A stretch of DNA of 63,996 nt, counting the filler, from Intoshia linei (lineage: Eukaryota; Animalia; Orthonectida), in NCBI GenBank assembly GCA_001642005.1. It is 7 parts of 7 records of this genome, joined end to end, with 100 filler letters (N's around TTAATTAATTAA, not from the genome) between each part and the next. Parts side by side here need not be neighbours in the genome. Positions count along the whole stretch, not along the records: positions 52,400 to 56,695 come from LWCA01001974.1; positions 56,796 to 62,872 come from LWCA01001716.1; positions 62,973 to 63,996 come from LWCA01002844.1; 4 more parts are not named here. One strand, written 5' to 3'. The notes below the pieces were generated by a model, which ran no database searches, was not told the origin of the DNA, and saw only the letters and a program-made list of their open reading frames with translations. Positions within the stretch are counted from its first letter, which is position 1. Every line of letters starts with the position of its first letter. Below, one piece after another: positions 54,058-63,996 of the stretch. The position numbers were made by a program, and so were the translations under genes.

Positions 54058-54599
54058 GTAACAATTTATAGAATATATTACCAGATTATTATTATTACTA
54101 GAACAATGATTCTTAATAGGTACATCAGCGCGCACTAGTGCGCTAATATTAAATATGTAACTGTATTTAGTACCAATTTAATAAATACTTAAAAATACCA
54201 ATTATGTATTAATAATTAACGGAATAAGCACTTTATAAACATATTTCAGGTGAATTTTACCAATATTGGAAAGGATTGTAATACATATAAAAATGCTAAT
54301 AACAAAGTTGTATTATTTTTAGTAATTCGTTGTTTTAATTTAAAGATTATAAAAAATGTTTTAAAAATAAAAATTTGAAATTTAAAAATTGCGTAGCAAT
54401 GAAAAAAATTGCGAAAGAATGAATTATATAGATTTTCACCTATATTTCTTTATTGTAAATGTGTAGACGTTTAATGCACATTTTTTTTAAAATTGTAGGA
54501 TCAATATTTATATTTGCGATTTTTATTTTAATCGATATTAAGTCTATTACTGAAAGGGTTTTCACGAATCCAATGCTTATTTAAACATTTTAATACTAA

Positions 54600-56233
54600 A
54601 ATAAATAATAATCATAATAGTAATGTTACATTTAATAACAATTTTTCTAATGAATTCCATTTTGAAAATCTTTGATATCGTCAAGTGAACCAACATTGAG
54701 ACCAAATATCAACGATAAAATCGCAAACTTTTTTAACTTTAGGGGATCTGTCTATGTTTATAATATAGGCTTTTAGAGCATATAATGCTCTGCTATTCCA
54801 TCGAGCATTTGAAATGCATCCAGGTTTTATGAAGTTGATGATAGGATTTTGTTTAAATTTTTTGAGTTTTGTATACGTCAATAAGATTCTGCAATTCTTT
54901 GTAATCATTGCGCCAATTACCACTAATAACTGTGTTGTTTTGGATTTCAATTTCACCAGTATATTGTGATTTTAACAATAAAAAATTTTATTTAAGTGTT
55001 GTGACGAATGAAAATTGTATGTTTGGAGAATTTGGTATCTACTTCAAAGATTGCGAGAAAAACATGTTTCAAAATCAGGTCTAGGATGTGACACCGACAA
55101 CCTTCATAATTAAAATTAGTTATAATAAATGTTAAATGTTATGACACCTTGTTTTTTACCTGTGTTTGCGCTTGTCGTATTGCAAATTACCAATGCAATT
55201 TGATCATTTAGATTAAGTTCCTCCAAAATATTTGCAATTTCGTCATATATTGTACGACCCTTACGATTATTCAAAGATCGTAAGGCTATAAGTCTTCCGT
55301 AATTTTCTCCAGAAATGCAAACTGCCACTTTTTCTATTTTACGTCCGTCATATCCTATTATACGTTTTCCGTCAAAATGTAAACAGAATTTTAGTTTATA
55401 AGACAATAGATCATTTTTTAATGTATTAATATCTTTAACAGATTTTAAAATTTTGCTGGCATTATAAAATATGGTACTTTTACTTGGTATTTTTGAATTA
55501 TTAATTGACAAATTTAGAATTTTACTCACCTTTCGAGAGGAAGTATTTGTAATAATAGATGCTACAGCGGATTATTTTGCTGAAATAGTATCAACTTGAT
55601 TGAATGTATAATCTTCATCCATTAAGTTATCCGAATGAGGTTCAATTAATTCAGAAACCGAAAAATTAAAATCTTGATTTTTAATTCTTTTTCTTTTGTT
55701 AATAATAGAATTATCATCGATAGATGATGAACTGCATTGACCAATATTTCTTTAGCTAGTTAGTTGTGTCTGTAAAAATCTTTCATCTTCATCATTTAAT
55801 TTTTTGGTTTTATCATATAAATCCATAATTTGATTAAACGCTGGCTCAGTATTTTTTAGATTTTTTTGTCTATTGTTCTTATTTCTGTCTATGAATTTTT
55901 GATAATTTTGATACTGAACGAACTTTCAATTTAACAATAGATAAATTAATTAGTGTTGTTATATAGATAGTTTAGTTTACTACTTATTGTAAAAAGGATT
56001 AATTTACAATTAAAATGTACAACATTACAAATGTATACGCTTTAATAATAATAATTATAAAAATAGTATTTCAAATAACTTTAACTTCATATTAATTTAT
56101 ATTTAAATATGCACGGGTCCCGCCTGAGCAAATGTGAATATCATGGTCTATAAATTTGTATATACCATCCTTGAGGTAAATGGGAAACATTGGCGAAGTA
56201 TACCTTTTCTATAAAAAAAAGTTGGACACCCTA
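54600..56233 (-). mobile_element. hAT-related (probably hATm-like) transposase pseudogene
   Basis: Fragments LHFDGKRI, ICNTTSANTGKKQGV, CRCHILDLILKHVF and PGCISNARWNSRALYALK across frameshifts. Minus-strand terminus TAGGGTGTCC at 56233. Confidence 0.75.
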
Positions 56234-57539
56234 ATGTACAATGTATTTATTATGTACAAAATATTTACTTATTTTATTTTTATTACTTATTTACAGTTTG
56301 CGACAGCTATTGTGCTAGGTGATAAATGTAACCCTTCCCAATTGAATTCAAACTTTCTACCTTTTTACATCTCTTGATATGGTGTATATATCAACAGCAC
56401 AAGTTGTTCTAGGCTATCAAATTGCTTACTTCGTGGTAGAGTAAAATCTTTTATTATATTGAATGGAACATAAGTTTAGTGTTATAAAATAAGCCGAAAT
56501 AATATCATCAATTCTTTTTATTTATTAATTTAATTTTTTTAAAATAATAAATTAAATTTTGAATTAAAATAAAATTGAAAATAGAGTTAGTTAGATTATA
56601 ATAAAAAAATGCATATTAAGATTGTAATGGAAATGTATGTTTATAAACGATTTAGTTAATTTTATTATAAGTCGTTACAGGTTGATAATATAGAANNNNN
56701 NNNNNNNNNNNNNNNNNNNNNNNNNNNNNNNNNNNNNNNTTAATTAATTAANNNNNNNNNNNNNNNNNNNNNNNNNNNNNNNNNNNNNNNNNNNNGCAAC
56801 TAAGATACATTTTTTATAAATAATAAACTTTTTAACATTATCTTATCTTTTTAATTAAAATTTTATTTATTGTATCACTCCAATAAAATTGCTTGGATTT
56901 ACAAATCATGTAGAACGCTAATATCCACCAATTAGTCGAGGTGAACATTTGATGTAACATTAAAACTGTATATTAAATTATATAACTGTATTACAATAAA
57001 TATTTTTATACATAATTTTATATGTAAATACATTAATCAACACATACAAAATTTTAGATTTTATTAAAAAAGATAAGGTATATATTCAGACTTGACGTAT
57101 AACACGTTATAAGATTATTCAAGTTATCCATGCGTGTGAATTAACGCACAAATTTATAAATAAAAAGTTGGTATCTTAGTTGCAATTATGAGTTTCACTT
57201 TTGCAAAATTGAGTTATAAAAGCTACAGTCGACTGGTGAAAAACAAGACCTGGCTTGTCTGCTTGCTATTAGGAAATAGTATAACTATGTGTATGACAGA
57301 AAAATTATTTTAAGGACAGACTATTAACCTTTTCAGAATTTCTCAATATCTCGAACGGATTATAATAGGTAATTATCACAAACTTACCTACCATATAAAT
57401 TTGTGTTATTTTTTTACAACCCACACTATAACCAAGAATGCCTTATCTACAACTCCATAATTCAGCTGATATTGATTAAGCTTTTTACTGACATACCCAA
57501 TTACCTTACTGTCTTGCATCAATGTTGCACCCAACCAAC

Positions 57540-58020
57540 ATAGGAGGCATCGGTACTCCCAGTACTCTTTTTGAGTGATACAACATTCAAAGGCGCATTG
57601 ACGAAATGGCCACTGATGTTGAAATGCAACTAGTAGTTCAACCTAAATGTCGGAAAATTGAATTATAAATTGATAAATATTGGCATATGTCAGATATTTT
57701 GAAGACGATTATAATTTATCGGAGGAGTTATTATTTGCGAAAAAACTCTTAATTGATACAAAAGGAAAAACAACTTTTGATTAAGTCTCAAAGTATTTGT
57801 GGAAAAATAATATAATTAGTTGTGCTACAGATGAAGCACGATCCAGGATTGGCCGATATGAAAAGTTTATATCTTACTTAAAAAATGATTTACCAAATGT
57901 ACTGACAATTCATTGTATAATAAACAGGCAACATTTAGTTTTTAAAAAATTAAGTCATCGATTGCATATATTTTTACATGTAGTACTTGATAATATCAAT
58001 AAAATAAAGGTTAATTCTAA
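57540..58020 (+). mobile_element. hAT Buster/Charlie-type (ZBED5/SCAND3-like) transposase relic
   Basis: RRIDEMATDVEMQL and SCATDEARSRIGRYEKFISYLKNDLPNVLTIHCIINRQHL; broken frame. Confidence 0.8.
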
Positions 58021-58238
58021 AAATAATAATATATCTGATGATAATAAAAAATATTATGTAATTAATGTAATTTAGTCTCCAAAACATTAAACAGTATAAA
58101 CAATAATAATTCATACACCTTATTAATATAATTAATTTAAATATATTGATGTAACTACTAATGGAATAAACTATACGACAATTAAAAAATATTCGAGAAC
58201 TTTTTACCAGGATTAATTATGAGGAATAATATAGTATA

Positions 58239-58625
58239 CTAGCTTGACTTTTATGTACTACGTACAAACAGCTCCTAGCTCTGCCTAGGGCCCATTTTTA
58301 TATAAAAATAAATTCATGTTGAAAATCTAACTTAAAAATCTTACAATTCACTATTATCAATCCTTTAAAGAATGATTTAAATATGCGTTCGAGAAAGTAT
58401 GTTTTATTAAATTTATGGATTAAATTTGGGCTGATTGTTATTAAACAAAAGGGAAAATTGGGTTTTTGACAATGAAGCACTCAAATTCTGAAACTAAAAA
58501 ATAGATATACTGGGAAAAACTGTATTAGAAATTTGGTTTTTATAAATCACGGGACTGTCAATTTCTTCAATAAATGGTTACACACACAAACACACACGCA
58601 GACATTCTTTTTTGTATGTAAAGGA
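58239..58625 (-). mobile_element. Complete mini-Helitron (387 bp)
   Basis: Minus strand starts A|TCCTTTACATAC, has a GT microsatellite, and ends with hairpin TGTACGTAGTACA then AAGCTAG|T. Confidence 0.7.
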
Positions 58626-58849
58626 TTAATAACACTTAATTTTACTTTTTGAACATTTCAATAAAACATTCTTCTATGGTGTAACTTGTTATAACATAAT
58701 AATTATGCTATACTAACTAGTTATACATAAATTCTCCGTAGTAATATAATAGCTTTTTTAAATAGAATTGTTATATTTTATTTTAGTAATTAAATCTCAA
58801 TCTCAACAAATTACGGAATGTAAATTATATGAAAGCGATCATATTTTTA

Positions 58850-60020
58850 TTATATTTGTATTGATATTTGGAACCATCATATCACATTACTTTTTAATTT
58901 AAACTGAATTATTCCATCTTAATTTTTTCTTTGTTAACATTTGCGTAAAGAATTTTAAAAACCATTGTTATATCATTTTTTTAATTTATTAGACAGAATG
59001 TGTGTATAATATTAACAATCAAGTATAAACAGTCCAATCCTAAAAATTGTCATAAATAGCATAAATTCCAGCAAAATAAAATTAAGAAACCTATTTTGTC
59101 ATTTTCAATGTGATGACATATATTCAGTATCAATTTAATAAATAAATCCTAAAAATTGTCATAAATAGCATAAATTCCAGAAAAAATAAAATTATAAACT
59201 ATTTTGTTATTTTGAGTGTGATGATATATATTCAGAACCAATTTAATAAATACTTACAAATACCAATTGTGTATCAATAATTAATAGAATAATTAATTTT
59301 ACCATTATTGCAAAGGATTGTAATATAAAAATGTGTCCATACTTTTAACGTTTTTTCTTGTATATGTTACTTTTTTTTTTAGAATTTTCAAATTAAGTTA
59401 GTATCAAAACTTTTATAAATTCGTTGCCGTAGATGTGGTTCAAAATGTTTGGAAAATGAAAATTTTAAATTTAAAAATTGCGTAGCACTGAAAAAAATTC
59501 CGAAGGAATGAATTATATAGATTATCACCCATATGTCTTGACTGAAAATGTGTAGACGTACAATCCACATTTTTTTTGAAATTGTAGGATCAATATTTAC
59601 ATTTTCAATTTTTTATTATAATCGAAATATTTTAAAAAAATATTGGTTAATAAATATAAAAATTATTTTTCACCGGGAATGCGTAGATTTTTTGAGTTGA
59701 AATTGTGCATTTGTATCAACTGGAATAAGCTATATCAAAATAATATTTTTTTTATATTTCGGACCCTTAATTATTTTACATTTTTTGTTTTAATAAAATA
59801 TTTTGGAAAAAAAATGTATGAATACTAAAATGCTTTTTTGACCGTGAAGTCATCACTTATTCGGATTGAAATTTTCTGTGTGTGTTAACAGGATACAACT
59901 GTACCATTAGGGCTGTTTTCATTAAAAAAAGAAGGGTAATTTGGGGTTTTGGCCCTGAAAATATAAATTTTTTTAAATGTCATGGTTATGATTTTAAAAT
60001 CTGCATCAGCGTATATATTT
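58850..60020 (-). mobile_element. Long internal Helitron-family fragment with internal duplication (about 59037-59260)
   Basis: Reverse complement of about 30150-31090; AATCCTAAAAATTGTCATAAATAGCATAAATTCCAG is repeated twice. Confidence 0.7.
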
Positions 60021-62339
60021 TTTTATTTCATGATATGTACAATTTTACATACAATAAAAAGGCATTAATATCCGTTTTAGCACGAATAGTTTTATCAAGT
60101 TAAATCACTCATATATAGATTTAAAATTCAAATTAACGGGATACATTTTGTATATTTAACTACTCGTTTGATTATTTAAAAACTCCTCGTTTCTATCTAC
60201 TCATAGTCATGATACTTGAAACTGTTAAAGGGATCGATAGACAAAAATAACCCTCGGTGGTTTTGCCAATTTCTTGAATTTGTAAATCTTTTAAAATTTT
60301 TTTCGTTAACAGCTTCATAACATGTTCCGCAAACAAATTATGGTATCCACCACAAACAATAATCATAAGATATGTTATACATTTTTTCAACTTTACTCGA
60401 AATGGTTTACAATGATTTTTTTGTGATTTTTATTGACGTATGCCATAAATTGGACAAAAATTGTTTATTTTTAAATAATAATGATCATTCATTTCAATTG
60501 TAATCGTAATTCAAATTGTAAATAGTGAAGCAACTTTATCTATACATTAGTTTCTTAACGTTTATTGGTTGTAACTACAGAAATAACCTTTATTAATTTA
60601 ATCGTTAATTATTAAATAATTCATTAACTACAAGATAAATATTTAAAATTTGTTCAGAAATGGAAAAATTATAATCAATATAATTTTATTTTTAAAAAAA
60701 AATTTTTTTCTGTTATCATCAATCTAAATTTAAAAAAAATATATTTTCATAGCTAAAACAACAAATTAACTTTTTTTATATTAAAACTACTCTAGAATTT
60801 AAAAAAAATTACAAGTGGTACAGTTTTATCTTGTTAACACACAAAAAAATTCAATCTGAATAAATGAACTTTTTTATTATTATTGTTATATATATTACAA
60901 TGCTTTTCAATATTTGTAAAATTTTGAAATATGTTGTAAAGTGCTGATTCTGTTAATTGTCGATAAAAAATGTATATCTTTTAGTCATCGAAAGCAGATA
61001 TTGAATATATATCATCACCAGGGATTGTAAATAATTTATTGCAATCAATTATTTTGAATAAACCAATTAATTGTTTGCTAAATATTAATTTTTCAATTAA
61101 TTCATTTATATAAAATAATTCCAATTAATTGGTTTTTTTCATATAATTATAAAAAATTTAAATGTAAAACAAAAGCATTCTAATATATTCATTATAACCA
61201 CATGACCAGTTTTTTAAACATAATTATGATATTGTTATCAATCTTCAATTACAATTGTATCTGAAATTTTTTTATATTTCAAAAAACCTATTTATTGCCA
61301 TTAATTTTCATAAAGCAATTAATTGAACAATGAAAAAATATTTTCCAATTAATTGCAATTAAATTGGTTGCAATCAATTAATTCCAATTCCTGATTATCA
61401 CATTAAAAATAACAAAATAGGTTTTAACTATATATGATAATTTTTATAATTGTACTGTTTTTAGTTTATTTTTAAGATTATACCACACATTCTAATCTCA
61501 CATAACTATCATAAATAATGTAATTTGTAGTACTTCACTATAATATTATGTAAGAATTCACATTATAATACATTATATCTGTAATTTTTTTAGTAAGATC
61601 AATCAGTAAATTTTTAATAATTAATATTATAAATTATTAATTTTTTTAGTAATTAATAACAGTAAATTTTTAATAATTAATATTATAAATTATTTTTTTT
61701 TTTATTATTTTATCATCTTACATGTAATAGGTTTATAGATTTTACGTACAGAAAAATTGTAAATTTAACTTTATAGATAAATTAAATATCAAAGCAAAAC
61801 ATATCAAAAAATAAAAAAAAACCTTAATTGTATTAGTCAAACAAAAATAACATGTAAATAAATAAATAGGCTGCTATGCAGAGTTACCAGATAATATTTT
61901 GTTTTCGATGTGTACTGTGGTTTTTTGCTGAAACGATGCAATGAATTAATCATAAATTTAGTGTCAATAGTTGACAATTTTGTTTTATATATTCGTGGAA
62001 ATTTAAATTTAGTCTGAATTTTTGGATATATTGAATTCAAAAATGTATCAAATTACAATTTTGATGAGATTCTTTTACCACTATTTAATTAAAAACCTAT
62101 TTTTACGATAAATTATAACATTTTCTAATAAAAATATTAAAAAACATTAAATAAGTTAAGGTAATAAAGATACAATCATTGTTATATAGATAAATAATTA
62201 ACGGTCCTACAATTAAAATAGAAGATTATTTTAATACATCTTATTCCACTTGATATAAATACAAAATGACTACCTCATAAATATACTCATTCCCGCTATA
62301 AAATGACTTTCAATATATTATCAACCAATATTTTTCAAA

Positions 62340-62518
62340 CGACCTGACAATGGTATAACAAGTTTAGGAACCATTCCTCTGAATAATTGATAATAATAAA
62401 TAATATCATTTTTCAGTAAGATTGTATTGTTGAATATATTTTTTTAGTAAAATTAAAATAGTCTGCCTTCGGGAGAGCTAGGTGCTTTTTGTACGAAGTA
62501 CAAAACAGCCAAGCTAGT
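62340..62518 (+). mobile_element. Helitron-family 3' end
   Basis: GAGAGCTAGGTGCTTTTTGTACGAAGTACAAAACAGCCAAGCTAG|T: hairpin followed by CTAG. Confidence 0.7.
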
Positions 62519-62708
62519 GTGTGTATAATATTAAAATGTTTAATCTCACTCAAATAAGCATTTTTAAAATATAATAATTCAGATTATTTTATGTGTCACC
62601 AAAATGCACAGTATGTCGTTCACCCTTAAATTTCTCAAATATGCGGCAGTTTTATCCACTGTTGCACAGTTACCGCAATATTAGTATTTGCGGTGTACAA
62701 TTTAGTTA

Positions 62709-62849
62709 TAGTGGACGAAAAATACGTACTATCTTTTTTAGTTTATTTGGAATAATTTTTAAGTAGAAAATCATAGATAAGTAGTTTTGGCCTACATTAT
62801 TTACCAAATAATCTATAATTAATAGTAAGTATGTTTTCTGGCCAGACTA
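62709..62849. mobile_element. Palindromic ~140-bp MITE (second copy at about 17054-17207)
   Basis: Arm TAGTGG.C.GAAAAATACGTACTATC..TTTTAGTTTATTTGG and its inverted copy around a CATAGATAAGTAGTTTTG core, seen in both copies. Confidence 0.7.
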
Positions 62850-62972
62850 ATTTAGTTCAATTTTACTATTTANNNNNNNNNNNNNNNNNNNNNNNNNNNN
62901 NNNNNNNNNNNNNNNNTTAATTAATTAANNNNNNNNNNNNNNNNNNNNNNNNNNNNNNNNNNNNNNNNNNNN

Positions 62973-63835
62973 ATTATAAGTGATTCGCATTCTACACGAT
63001 TTGGTAAGATATCACGAATTGTATTTCCATTTTCTTCGTCTACTGCAAACCAACGATTTACGTTGAATATAAAAGTTACGGAAACCTAATTTTAGATTCA
63101 ATTTTTTATTTCTATGATACGTATATAATACATGTATTTATATTATAGATTACTAAATATTATCAAATATTACAGAATCAGATTTTGCTAATCTACGCAA
63201 TGTAACATCTTTGCAATGCCAACCTGATCCAAGCGATTTGCTACGGTGTCCAATTCGTATCATTTCAATTTTGTCATCACATATATCAGGCATCTAGATT
63301 TAAAGCTGATATTTGAAAAAATGAGCATTATAGGAAGTTGTCATTTACCAGGGTTCTCAAACACTTTTTATTTTACATTTTACAAATATATGTTATCTTA
63401 AATCATAATGGAAGTTTCTTATATAAAATATTTATTTTATCCAACGAAAACATACTTAAGTGGTATATAAAAACATATTCTATAAATATTACCTCAATTG
63501 TTTTAAATTTACGATTAGTATTAAAATTAAACACTATGAAGGGATTCATATGTTCTAAATTTATTCTAAAAAGTGCGTTAATAAAAGGTTACTAACAATT
63601 TGTCTTAAAATGAACATTAGATTATCCAATGTAAAAATTAAAAAAATTTAATTTACCTCCAAAATAAATCTATCTTGACTACCTCTATTAAAAAAATTAG
63701 ATTTTTCAACGTCTGATACATTTAAAAAATGTTCACCCGTTTCATATTTAGCACTAAAGACATTAATAAATATATTTGCATTCGATCCTGCAGTGATATT
63801 GGATGAAGTACTGACTTTTATTTCATAAGGAACTT
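62973..63835 (-). CDS. LOXHD1: PLAT/LH2 domain of a LOXHD1-like protein (partial)
   Basis: Exons 63657-63835, 63174-63293 and 62973-63085 read VPYEIKVSTSSNITAGSNANIFINVF...FFNRGSQDRFILE|MPDICDDKIEMIRIGHRSKSLGSGWHCKDVTLRRL..|..FNVNRWFAVDEENGNTIRDILP. The IRIGH..GWHC..V..RRL pattern recalls one specific LOXHD1 repeat. Confidence 0.8.
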
Positions 63836-63996
63836 CTAAATTATATCCATATCAAAATATATTAATAATTTTTTCAATGTATTAACTTTCATTAAAGTGT
63901 TTTTTCAGATTTTAGTGCATTTGTTTAAATTTTTTAAACATCATTTACTAAAACAGGATCTACAATATTTTTTTTAACACGCAAACTATCAATCAC

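Noticed and set aside
59388-60103. Short Phe/Lys/Ile-rich ORFs here and at 24245-24536, 30717-31089, 35739, 42046 and 58298
   Set aside because: They are chance ORFs within AT-rich repeat copies.
62580-62710. GC-richer stretch as a further LOXHD1 exon
   Set aside because: No PLAT motif in the minus-strand frames, and it contains stops.
1-63996. Alternative genetic code or prokaryotic system
   Set aside because: Conserved genes translate cleanly with the standard code once micro-introns are removed. In-frame stops were seen mainly in TE relics.

Overview
AT-rich eukaryotic (metazoan) scaffold segment, not prokaryotic. Genes are split by very short GT-AG introns (mostly 32-52 nt) plus a few kb-scale introns filled with transposons. 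This architecture suggests a compact invertebrate/parasite genome such as the orthonectid Intoshia (inference only). Manual splicing recovers: USP7 with one well-supported and one probable extra N-terminal MATH-like domain (+, about 642-10663); COX15 (-); high-affinity choline transporter SLC5A7 (+); AIP/AIPL1 (-); a 5-EC protocadherin with distal cytoplasmic exons (+); a Cys-rich gene built from symmetric phase-1 exons (+); a LOXHD1-like PLAT domain (-); and three orphan genes. Mobile DNA includes three Tc1/mariner relics, hAT-type transposase relics and MITEs, a foldback-like element and an abundant non-autonomous Helitron family. Six 100-nt assembly gaps carry an artificial TTAATTAATTAA linker. 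All homology calls are from recall of family motifs; no searches were run. No rRNA, tRNA or CRISPR was recognised.
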